From Amphiscolops sp. MND2022 (Eukaryota): a DNA stretch of 64,000 bases. The DNA lies in the NCBI GenBank assembly GCA_964187785.1, contig OZ076409.1:91328001-91392000 (forward strand), given 5' to 3'. Below, one piece after another: positions 49,703 to 60,187 of the stretch (position 1 is the stretch's first letter; each line of letters opens with the position of its first letter). The position numbers and the translations under genes were made by a program. Below the pieces are notes generated by a model. It did no database searches. It was not told where the DNA came from and saw nothing but the letters and a program-made list of their open reading frames with translations.

Positions 49703-49920
49703 TATCAAACAATCTAAAAATAGCAATCAGCATAAAACCAAAGAAGATGTGGCGTAAAACAAGGAATTACTAATATCAAAAGTTATCTACTATATAAGGA
49801 AATTTGTTCAGTCTGCCAGCTGAACAATTCATGGAGTTAACACAAACCGTGTGAACGAATCTTCCAAGCGGAGCAAATCAGTTGTACTACAAAATTGACT
49901 GACGCTTAGTTGACACTACA

Positions 49921-50481
49921 ATGAATCACGCAAACTCAAGCAGCCAACTAAACGAAAATGTTTTTATTCTTGACCGAGATGAACAGCAGCAACCCAACCA
50001 AAGGCCCGGTACACCGCCGCCTAATTATCAGTTAATTAATCCTGCACGCTGTCCTACTATTTACGAAATTATTAAAACCGAAGACCAGCACATCGTCTTG
50101 GTACACGACAGCCAATTACCACAGATGATAAACGAAGAAGCAGAAAACAAAGTTATCCGCCGCTTCACGACTGAAAACCCGGTCATACCTGACGACGCAT
50201 TTATCAGCCCAGTCATACCTGACGACGCATTTATAAGCCCGGTCAGCGAGACCGACAGCAGCTCCGAAGGATACTGGTCAGGCAGCAGTTGGTCCAGCAT
50301 TTCCACTTGGCGCTCTTATGACTCAATGAGAGATGACTTACCTACCTTGTTCGACACCCCGATCCGATCCTTTTCCCAATTTCTTCTTCCAGAGGGAACT
50401 GGGCAAAGAAGCCGAGGACTGTCACAGCCCCGCATAAGCTGTGAGTATTGCAACATGTGTAACCCAGTCTTCAAAGAATAA
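49921..50481 (+). CDS. Accessory sense ORF (186 aa, acidic/Ser/Pro-rich) reading into U3 of the 3' LTR
   Basis: ATG-started ORF whose last ~20 codons (LSQPRISCEYCNMCNP..) lie in the LTR. It has a positional and motif counterpart at 58911-59675. Confidence 0.6.
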   Translation: MNHANSSSQLNENVFILDRDEQQQPNQRPGTPPPNYQLINPARCPTIYEIIKTEDQHIVLVHDSQLPQMINEEAENKVIRRFTTENPVIPDDAFISPVIPDDAFISPVSETDSSSEGYWSGSSWSSISTWRSYDSMRDDLPTLFDTPIRSFSQFLLPEGTGQRSRGLSQPRISCEYCNMCNPVFKE

Positions 50482-51967
50482 ATTGGGAAAAGAGAGGAAA
50501 GAACAAGAAAGAAACAACAAAGGGACAATTAGAAACAGAGGCGCTAAATTTGAAACAATTAAATAAATAAATATATATATTAATATTACTATATTAATGT
50601 ACACTTATTTAAATACGTACTTACAAATAACGGAGCTAAAGTGCAGTTAATAATGTTAATAACATAGTGCTAATATCAATACTACGTAAAACACTCAACC
50701 TGACAAGCAGTCAATTAATTCTTGAACGGAACTGCGGCCTGGCGGCCGGCCTCAAATGCGCTCACTAAAGCGGTGGCCTGGCAGGCGGCCTGAGATTTGT
50801 AAACCAATACACAAGCATTCCCTTACAGTAAATACATGCATACAAACTAATGGCTAATGCAGTGCTTCATCGACAGTGCAGTTTTGTATATATACCAATA
50901 ATTGAGATTCCCGCGCCTATTCATTGCAATATTTGGGACCGCGGCCTGAGACGCGGCCTGAGAATGAAAATACAGCGAACTGTCCGCAAAATTAGAAAGT
51001 GTTGATGCTAACATGTAACTTTGTTTCGAAATAACTCTAATAGCCATCACTGATGATCCTAAATAATTCTGTTGATTGGAATATTACATATAATGTACTT
51101 TTACATGTAAATGGCGTCTAATCAGTAAATAAGCCTGAACCGTGGCCTGAGCCAAAGGCTCAATGTCAAAATGCAAACCAAGGGTTAATTGCATGCATAT
51201 ACCATTTCCTAAACATGTTACCGTTTAATTGCATTTATTATTCCATAAAATAATGTCTCTGATGCTATACACTGTTTATAATCACTGTATTTTGTTGAAC
51301 CAATTTGTCCGTCCAGGACCATGGCCTGGGACCAGGCTTTGCCGTTTTATTTAAAACATCACCAAATACACCGTAGAAAAGATTCTACTCTCCCTTTTGC
51401 AGTTCATCATACTTTTTCCATTTAATTTTCTATCATTTCGTTGCTAATTTATTTTAATTAGAGAATATCTGTAAAAGGAATTTGACTGTCATCGTTTCTT
51501 CCCAAATTTAGTGCAGTTTGTTAACTTCGTTTGATGAGTCACAGCGTGTGTTTTTGCTAGTTGTTCAGTTCGGCGTCTCGAAGAGGCGGGAGATTGGAGA
51601 GGAAGGAAAGCGAAGTCGCAACTCAGGCCGGAAGTGGACGCTTGCTTTCCCCGGGAAGCATGAACAAACTGAAAGCCTGAGTTCGACTAAGCGGAACTGA
51701 ATTTCCGTTTTCCCTGCCTCGGATGGACGCCGGGCTGAACGAAATGTGAAGTATGTGCGTGTCTTTTCCTTGCTTCCTCGATCGGAAGGTATAAATATGA
51801 TGGGACCAAGAGGCCATATTTAGTTAAAATTTTGTTGTTTATCGCAAGCAATTGTCTTTTGTTGAAAATAATTGAAAGTTTCAAAACTTCAAATTTCTCT
51901 GCTCAAGATTCTACTTAGATTCCTTCTAAAGAAAATTGAGAAGTTAAACTTGAACAAGATGCCCGAG
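50420..51967 (+). repeat. 3' LTR, truncated by the assembly gap
   Basis: Copy of 36782-38329. Confidence 0.95.
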
Positions 51968-52167
51968 NNNNNNNNNNNNNNNNNNNNNNNNNNNNNNNNN
52001 NNNNNNNNNNNNNNNNNNNNNNNNNNNNNNNNNNNNNNNNNNNNNNNNNNNNNNNNNNNNNNNNNNNNNNNNNNNNNNNNNNNNNNNNNNNNNNNNNNNN
52101 NNNNNNNNNNNNNNNNNNNNNNNNNNNNNNNNNNNNNNNNNNNNNNNNNNNNNNNNNNNNNNNNNNN
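51968..52167. other. Assembly gap (200 N)
   Basis: Run of N. Confidence 1.
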
Positions 52168-52870
52168 GTTTGGAAACTTTTAAACAAATAATGTGACAAA
52201 AGCATCTACGGAAGCATGGATTTATGGGTCATGTGGCATGCAAAAAACCAAATCTGACTATTATCCAAAAGAAGAACGGGTTGGGTTTGCAAAAAAACGG
52301 TGAAAAACACACGGGAACACTGAGCCTCTGTTGTCTTCTCAGATGAGTTTACAATGGAGCTTTTCTCGCGAAGGGGTTCGTACATACGTCGACCCTCAGG
52401 TCATAGTAATCATCTGAACCACCGATATACTGTTAAAACGGTGAAACACCCTCCTACATTCATGGTATGGGGGTTAATAAAGTAATCTGGTTTGCGGAAG
52501 ATTGTGAAACTTGACAGTAAAGTTAATAGCCGAGTTTATTGTGAAATTCTACAAAATCATTATGTTCCATTCATGGAAGAAAATGAAGTTTTACAACAGG
52601 ATGGTGCTCCACCACACAGAATTGCTTTCACAATGCGGTTTATGGAGGAGTCAGGCGTTGCCCTGTTACCAGACTGGCCTCCCCAGAGTCCAGATTTGAA
52701 CGTTATTGAAAATGATTGGGCAAGAATAAAAGCAAAGGTTGCAGAAGAAAAACCAATGACACTTCTAGAGTTGTGGCAAACCACAGAACGAGTTTTATGA
52801 AATTCCCGATTCTTTTATTGAGCGATTATATGAATCTATCCCGAGGCGGCTAGAGGCTGTCTTACGGTGC
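52168..52870 (+). pseudogene. Tc1/IS630-family transposase relic (DD35E spacing)
   Basis: VFSDE, TVKHPP.FMVWG, QQDGAPPH and WPPQSPDLNVIE motifs, with stops and frameshifts. Confidence 0.85.
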
Positions 52871-55800
52871 GTATATTGTACGCATATTATGAATTATTAT
52901 CTATAGTGCACCCTGATAAATTCAATTATTATTATTAATATTATTGTTTATATTATTTTCATTATTATTATTATTAATATTATTATTATTGTTGTGGTTT
53001 TAACCTTCATACAGTTCTAAATTCAAATGTGCAAATTTTTACGTCAGGTTTGATACGTTCTGGCTTCATGAATAAATACCAATGATTAAGGCTGTTTGAT
53101 CATCAGTAATTATTGTACGGAAATAATAGCTCAACCGAATTAGGACTGAATAACTGAATAGCTAAAATAGTTCAGGTCGAAAATATGGGCGGTTGAAAAT
53201 GCAATAGGTTGAAATTGCGAGCGGTTGAAATGGCAACGGTTGAAATTGCATTTGATGAAATGTCCTGACATCGATAATTTCGAACCTTTCCATACAATTC
53301 GTAACCAAAACCTGTAGAATAAATCGAGTGTAAGTTCCGCAAAAACTTTTGTATGCTTTTTTCCATGATTTTTCGGATGCTGTTGATTTGCTACGAAATG
53401 GGGCTTTTTTTTAACAGAAACGTTTCTTCTTGACAACTAACTAATGTATCGGCAAGACTCGGCACGTGAGTCGATTCTTCAAAGTACGAAATCCTACACA
53501 TTCCACGGTCCTGCTTCAAATTTAGTTTCGATGCAAAAATGAAGAAAAATTGAAAGCATCAAAATGGACCCTTGAGATTCTTAAATTTACACGCAGAAAA
53601 TTTTTAGATTTAACCCTAAATGGACGACTGTACGATTCCGTACCAATTAGTTTCTGCGAACTTCTGAAGGCACTAGCTGGACGTATGAGAAAGAAAACTC
53701 TTGAATAGGATTTTTAGACAATATTACAACATAGCATTGCACCCATTTTACCAAATTTTGACTCGATGCCTCTGAAATCAAGAAACTGAAACCGAAAAAT
53801 CGAACGAAACCTGAGTGCAGATTTTCGGTTTTTGGCCGTTTCCGTTTGTGACCACTTTATCACACTGGTATCAAGGTATAACATCCTAGCATGTTTTGGA
53901 ACATACTGAATTGCAATCAGGGACACGAGGCGTGCAAGGTTTTGGCGCGAAATCCAAAAGCGGAGGACTTCGTGCGTCAACGGACCCCAGCCTTGCAGTT
54001 CAGAAATCAATTTGAAAGCCCTGATTGTCCTCTTTTGAAAGCGCTATAAATAGTTTGGCGGACTCAAATAGTTTACAAAAATTTTGCGGCTCAAAGTTTG
54101 AGCACCCGATTTTTGGAAATTTCTTCGTCCGTTTAGGGTTCACATATTTCATCTGAACCGTAGAAAACTTCAATTCGATTTCAAGCAATTTAAAACCATT
54201 GTGAATGAAATTGGCGACCCATAATCAAACGTGGAAGGTCAAAAGCATCTTCGGAAAAAAGTTCGGAAAAAAGTTCGGAAAAAAGGGAATTGAACGGAGA
54301 CATCATTAGGCTTGAAGAAAGAGTCATTATCACGCACAACTAATGTTCATTAGAAAACAAGAACAAGTGATGATTTAAAATTGTTCGCATGTTTTGAATC
54401 ACGAGTTTGGAAACGCCTGTCTGATATTTTCCAGTAGATTGCGCACTTCTGTGGTGGTCTGTCTGGCCATCTGCTGGGCATCGAACAGTAGCTCTAAGTT
54501 CTTCTCAATTACTTCTTGAATGATCTTGACTTCATCTGCGGTTTTCAACCCCATCACTGCCATGCTCATGCTTTGCCTGAAACGAGCATGTTCCATCAAT
54601 TAAATTATCTCTAGGCATCTCCATTTGGCTCTTTTCTGTAACAATGCCCCCCCACTGTCAACATTTTTCCAGTAAAAACTTCCAAAAAACTTCAGACTGG
54701 CCTAATTAAAAGCGAAATCTTTTCCATAACAGGAAGTTAACGTCAATTAGCATAGTTTTTCGTTTGAACAAAACCCGTCTTCACGCATTTTGCTTGTAAT
54801 TGTGTTCGAATTAACTGCTGTTGTGACTCAAAACAGAAAGCTGTTGAGTTTTTAATTAACACTGCTTGAATACACAAGGAAAAATAGTGTGAACAAAGTT
54901 TGTAACTGGCTTCTAAACTGTCATCCTGAAAAAATTGTAGGTTTCTGGTTATGTTTCAAGTCTTTTTGTTCTAATATTTTCAGTTTGAAAAAAAGTTGGT
55001 AGTGTGGGCGAAAATGGAAAAGAACCCTGGGAACCAAAAATCCAACCTGAATCAACATTGTTGCAAGAAAACTGGCTCAAACTTTGTGATTAGATTCCAA
55101 GTAAATTCTTGAGTTCTTGAAGTTGACAACATACTTTTTTCCAGATGTGATTACCTCACTTCACAGATGTGTCTTTACCTCAACTTTCAGAGAACGGGCT
55201 AGGAGTCTGGCGTCTCGTGCGGAAAATTGTAATAAAATAAGAAAACTAGAGGAAGCAGTTTTCACGCCGAGAGTAGAAGCAAAAAATCTTTTGTACGGTT
55301 TTGAGCATGAGCACAGCTACCATCGCGAGCATGTAGTACAAAAAATGACACCATCATTTGATAAGTAGCTCAGATATCCTCTATAGAAGCTGAATAGAAC
55401 TCTCGCAACTTCCTCTCGTCAATTCAGATTTTTTACCCTTTTTTATTGGTAAAAATCACTGTAGAGAGAATTCTATGGATTCTAACCGAAGTGATCATGA
55501 AATCGGTTACGACAGGTGTAAATGGCGCGTATACGCAAAATGGATAATACTAAGTTTGTACCGTTGGTTTCTGCTTCCTCGGGAGGCGCCGACCCATGTG
55601 CAACGCGGGTAATGACCCGATTTGCCTCGAAAGGAAGCGAAAAGAAATGAAACGTAAGCCTACGTTATGACGTAGATCCGCACGAAAATCAACTTCGTGA
55701 TACGCGCTGCATAAGAATCTCAAGATCCCACAGACAAGTAACGGCACCCTCTTGTACAGCAGATTCAGTCGATATTGGAATTTCGACTTTGGACATGTCC

Positions 55801-56485
55801 AGAAAAATTTTTGAAAAACTCTAATTCGATCTTTGATGTGGCACTGAGCATGTGATTGTTCTTTTCGTTGCTTCTAAGAAATTGGCAGGTACTTCAACAA
55901 CAACGAGCAAGAACGAGCAAAAACACAGGGCCGCCGCCACAACAGACGCTAGAGAATGCAAAATCCTCTGAAAATAGACTCTTTTACAGGTGCTAACCTT
56001 GATTTCAGAAGTATGCTACCTTAAGTAGCGAAAACCATAAAGTGAGAGAGACTTTCCGTCTAATTCAATAATCTGCACCTGTGGTGCCCCAGCTTGCGAG
56101 CTGAATGTGGATTTTGCCAAATAATTGTTATCGACGAGATTGTTCCATTTTGTTGTGATTTTATGGCTACTTGGTAGTTTTGGATATTATTCCCCAAGTC
56201 ACCCTGAATGGCGAAATTTTTATTTATATTTCTGGAACATTTACATTTTGGAACGTTTTTAAAGGCTGTTTAGGCGGTAATTTCGAAGACAAAGCTTATT
56301 TCACGCTACTGTCTGCAGTTAAAGACTGGATAAAGCTGGCCAGGGCTCCTTAAGAGACGACTACCCCCTCCTGACGGGACAACGTTTACCCAGGAGGTTA
56401 AATGAGCCTATGGCTATGGGCGCCTGTTCAGACATGTAGGTGAAATATACAGATATCCGTGGGATGTTCGGATCTGCGTTCCTTT

Positions 56486-56926
56486 TCAATAAAGGATTAT
56501 AACGAAGTATTCTTTTGTATACCGATTCCTAGTGTTACGACATGTTGTCGAGTCGTTTTGAGTTGAACTTATTCTTACTGACTTTGTAGGGGTATAAAAG
56601 TTTCTGGTTTCTTCTTCTATTTCTCCCTCAATATTTCCTCTTACATTCCCTCTTGTTTCAGGTTTTAACAGTTTCAACATCTCTCTCTGGGATTCAGCAA
56701 GGAGAGTCTTAATTTCCGATGTTATCTCATCTTTCAAAGATGCCCTTAAACTCTCCAAGAGGCTATTTTCAATCCGAGGAGATTTTGGTCTGGAAGGACC
56801 CGACATAATTACGTCCTGGTTTGAAGAACATGGATTTTCTATCGCTATCAGAGAAATAAAACCTTCACTTACATCTTTGTCGCCTTGTTGCTCATTCCTT
56901 CTCTTCTGGCTTCTAGTTGTAGACAT
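56486..56926 (-). CDS. LTR-encoded Gag N-terminal segment, truncated at the LTR end and running into flanking DNA
   Basis: MSTTRSQKRR..SQREMLKLL resembles MPERSSKRK..GQREILKMI of the gag at 38321. The ORF leaves the element at the inferred LTR end at 56533. Confidence 0.6.
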   Translation of the reverse strand: MSTTRSQKRRNEQQGDKDVSEGFISLIAIENPCSSNQDVIMSGPSRPKSPRIENSLLESLRASLKDEITSEIKTLLAESQREMLKLLKPETRGNVRGNIEGEIEEETRNFYTPTKSVRISSTQNDSTTCRNTRNRYTKEYFVIILY

Positions 56927-59014
56927 TTTGGAGAAAAGTTTTATCTTGAAGAATTGATTTTTCCAAAGATAATTTTCAACAAAGTTGACTGAGATTAGAG
57001 TTTAGCGAAATTGAGAATTCAACTGAATTAAACAATTGCAAAAGAATGAGTCCCTGAGTCAATGAAAATCATCCTATATATACCCTCCTAGCATCATTTG
57101 ATCACGATTAAAATCCTAATTTTCCTTGAACAATTAGTCATTTCCTGTATTTTCGATGAAAAATCATTTTGTTCCCAATTTTACGTCGACAACTCGTCAA
57201 TTTTTGGGACACGACAATTTCAATCTAGCATTAGTCATCAACCATGATCATATCATTTCAGCTCGGCGTCCTTTGCTTTCCTCCCAAGCAGGAAGTAGAT
57301 ATTACTTCAGTCTGTCAAACCGGAAATGATTCCCTGTTTTACTGCTTTGGTTCGTAGGAAAATGACGCTGAGATGACGCTGACGTGAACAACTAATACCT
57401 GATTTTGAATTTTTACTTGAAGGAAATGCTATGACTAATGTTTTCAGCTTCGGAATCTCCAATGATGCTAGGAAAGATAAGGGCAAAGCTATGGAACTAA
57501 CTTCAATTTTTGAGTTGAATTCCCAATTCAGATAAATAGCAATTAAATCAAATTAACGTAACTTCAACGTTTATATTAAAAAACTAGAATGATTTGGCAA
57601 CAGCTTTTGGCTACCACAAAAATGGCTAAAAAGGGCAGACGGAGCTATGACGTACCAAAATCAAAGTTATCAACGAGTATAATTCACATAATTGGATACA
57701 TTCGTACTTGAATTCAAACTTTGACGTGTTGACGTCGTTGGACCTAACTAATACAAGTGGAATAGTCAGTTGCCAAAAGTGGTATGAAAATAATCACAAT
57801 GAGGTGTGTAAAACAACAACAAGCACAGTTACATTGAGAGAAAAACACGAACATGAATATTATAAAAATATGACCTCATTACCAAAATATAATCTTTGCT
57901 GATTTACAACTCACAACTTTCAAATACGTCAGATTGACGTCAAGTTATACGCAATCATATTTATGGCTTGCTTCAAACATCATAAAATGTACATCAATAA
58001 CATTCTCCCTTGGAATAAACTGTGACTTTAATTATGAAGAACATGGAAATCCTAATCGGAATTATTTTACGATGTGATTCTAAAAGATTAGTATTTTGTT
58101 GACGGGAACAGGACGTAAATTATCAAGTTTTATCCTTAACCTCATAAAGCACTAAAAACATCTTTAAACGTTTCCCTTCCGTCAAATCCGACATATTAAT
58201 ATTCATTCTACTGAATTGGATGGATTAAACCGTCTATTTTGATGGATTTCGGACGTAACGTGGACGTACGTATTAAGATTGGTTATAGACCGCCAGTATT
58301 GGACGTAACGCGGACGTAAATTTGAAGTAGAATTAGTCCGCACCGAGAAGGCAATACCGTGACGTCACTATGGCGGAAAATTGGAATGATTTTAAGTAGT
58401 GTCACTAATATAGGCGGTAAATTGGAATGGTTCTCTAGTGAGCGCGGACGGAACGGTGACGTCATATTATACTTTCAAGTCTGCTTTTTACCGACGCCTA
58501 ATATACATGTATCCTTTATTTTGTTTACCTTGCGCAGTGCCGACGTCCTAATCCGCACTAATTGCTGTTCAAAGTGCAATTAGGTCGCCTTTCTTAGAAA
58601 AGGAGTATATATTTCAGTGTGTCATCTCGATGTACTTTCTATTTTAGATTCAGATAATGTCCTTTCTCTAGTGGTGATTTTGGGTATATTTTCGTTTAGA
58701 TCAGTCTATGGTCTTTATTCCAAGACGCATACTTAATTAAGCTTTCAGGTGGCGAATGTTTCCATTTTGACGAAATAAAAACGTCCTGCCGGAAGTGTGT
58801 GAAATCATTTTGGTTCATTTTAGTTTCTGTTCTCATTTCTATTTAAACTTTGCGCAAGTTAGACGTATTTTTAGTCACAGTTTATCCTAACATTAGTATG
58901 AAAGTTTGAGTCAGTAGCCAAAATACCTTTTTGAAAGTTTCGCTGTACAGCCGTGTCCTCGTCCGAACCCAATCCGCCTACATCCACAATCCAGTCCGGG
59001 AGCGGACTGTGACA
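56533..59014 (-). repeat. Inferred 3' LTR (~2.48 kb)
   Basis: Minus strand begins TGTCACAG at 59014 (the same start as the other LTR) and ends CGTAACA at 56533. It contains TATATATA (57082) and TCATTC (57049) ahead of a Gag-N-like ORF. The partner LTR is not in the window. Confidence 0.7.
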
Positions 59015-59675
59015 GGGCCACTGTCATGGGTCGTATAACTCTCCCGGGTTGACGAAACTGGAACGGCTGATATTGATTGTTTTCCTTGTTATCTTCTGGA
59101 GTACGTTTCGTTGTCGCTGACCGTATTGGTGTTTGCTTTTCCAAGTCATTTAGTGGACTAATTGGGCGTGGGATTACTCTCTTCAGTGGACCTGGGGGAG
59201 TCTCGAAAAGGGAAATATTGTCCTCTTCCCTGTGGATTTCCTCCAAATATTCGTTGATGATGCAGCTCGTGATCGATTGTGGGCTTGGTGCACGATGTCC
59301 TTCCACCACAAACACATCAGGGTTCGATTTATTGTCGTCCTCTTCCTGTTCATCCGGGCTGTCTGGACTCTCCTTCATTGAGCTGTATTCGGACTCCGGC
59401 GAAGCGTCGTTAAGTTCTCCTGATTCTAGGGATTCGAAGGACGAGCTCAGTCGCATTCTCTTGCAGTCCGCTTCTAACGAGTCCGCCGAGATGTCAAAAT
59501 ATTCCTCTTCGTCCGCTACTGCTCTGGCGGATGAATTTGAAACATTTAGGATGACTCTAATATTGGGTAGCGGCCCACTGGGAAGGGGAGTTGATGATCT
59601 CTCTGACGCCTCTGTTCCGTCTTCACTATCTGACGAGATGTCTATTAGCTCGTATATTTCCAGTAGATTGGTCAT
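58911..59675 (-). CDS. Accessory ORF (~254 aa, acidic/Ser-rich) reading into U3
   Basis: Crosses the LTR start as L-S-Q, like 49921-50481; shares IYE(L/I)I and LF(E/D)TP with it; Cys-containing tail. Confidence 0.6.
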   Translation of the reverse strand: MTNLLEIYELIDISSDSEDGTEASERSSTPLPSGPLPNIRVILNVSNSSARAVADEEEYFDISADSLEADCKRMRLSSSFESLESGELNDASPESEYSSMKESPDSPDEQEEDDNKSNPDVFVVEGHRAPSPQSITSCIINEYLEEIHREEDNISLFETPPGPLKRVIPRPISPLNDLEKQTPIRSATTKRTPEDNKENNQYQPFQFRQPGRVIRPMTVALSQSAPGLDCGCRRIGFGRGHGCTAKLSKRYFGY

Positions 59676-59895
59676 CTTCTTCAACAAAATTCTTTCTTCC
59701 TTTGCAGCTGACTTTTATCTTTGATTGTTCTTCAATGAATTCCGGATTAATTAGGATTAAGGAGAATGTTGGGATAAATCCCTCTATTCTGATTGGCTAT
59801 TCAATCATTTTAATCCTTTTCAATCCTCAGGTGTTGACGTTATTCCGACGCCGTTTTTTATTGGCTGCAAATTAAATTAATCCGCTTAGCCAAGA

Positions 59896-60133
59896 TTGTC
59901 AACGTTATGCTGACGTCATTTTCGTTAGCTTAACTAACTTTTGTTTTGTCACCGTTATGATGACGTCATTATAGGTTATAGGATTAATAACCCAATAACC
60001 TTTTTGTCGACGTTATGCCGACGTCAATTTCGTTGATTTTTAATCAACTTTTTGGTACTGACGTTATGCCAGCGTCTATTTCGTTGGTGGTTTACCAACT
60101 TTAAGTTTTGTCACTGTTATAATGACTTCAATT
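59896..60133. promoter_or_regulatory. ~50-bp tandem array with CRE (TGACGTCA) motifs between divergent accessory genes
   Basis: About five units TTGTC.(A/C)CGTTATG..GACGTCA.TT, with perfect TGACGTCA at 59911 and 59961. Confidence 0.6.
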
Positions 60134-60187
60134 TTGGTTGTTGTCTTCATCTTCGGGTTTGTTTTCAGATTCTGAGCTGTTTTGACG

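Larger units (their letters stand above)
36782..51967 (+). mobile_element. Large, young, apparently intact Ty3/Gypsy LTR retrotransposon (~15.5 kb predicted) with accessory genes; 3' end lost in a gap
   Basis: 36782-38329 is repeated at 50420-51967 (offset 13638) with one mismatch noticed. Intact gag and pol are followed by a 4.8-kb extra region between pol and the 3' LTR. Confidence 0.95.

Noticed and set aside
45600..49900. Independent hAT transposon nested in the retroelement
   Set aside because: I saw no TIRs or 8-bp TSD, the catalytic motifs are missing, and a diverged homologue has the same position and orientation in the second element.
53185..53260. ~15-bp GGTTGAAAT repeats
   Set aside because: Probably subterminal repeats of a small TE; no partner end or TSD was identified.
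54399..54599. 66-aa helical-looking ORF (minus strand)
   Set aside because: An in-frame stop lies immediately upstream, and I could find no convincing splice partner or recognisable domain. It may be a gene relic but cannot be supported.
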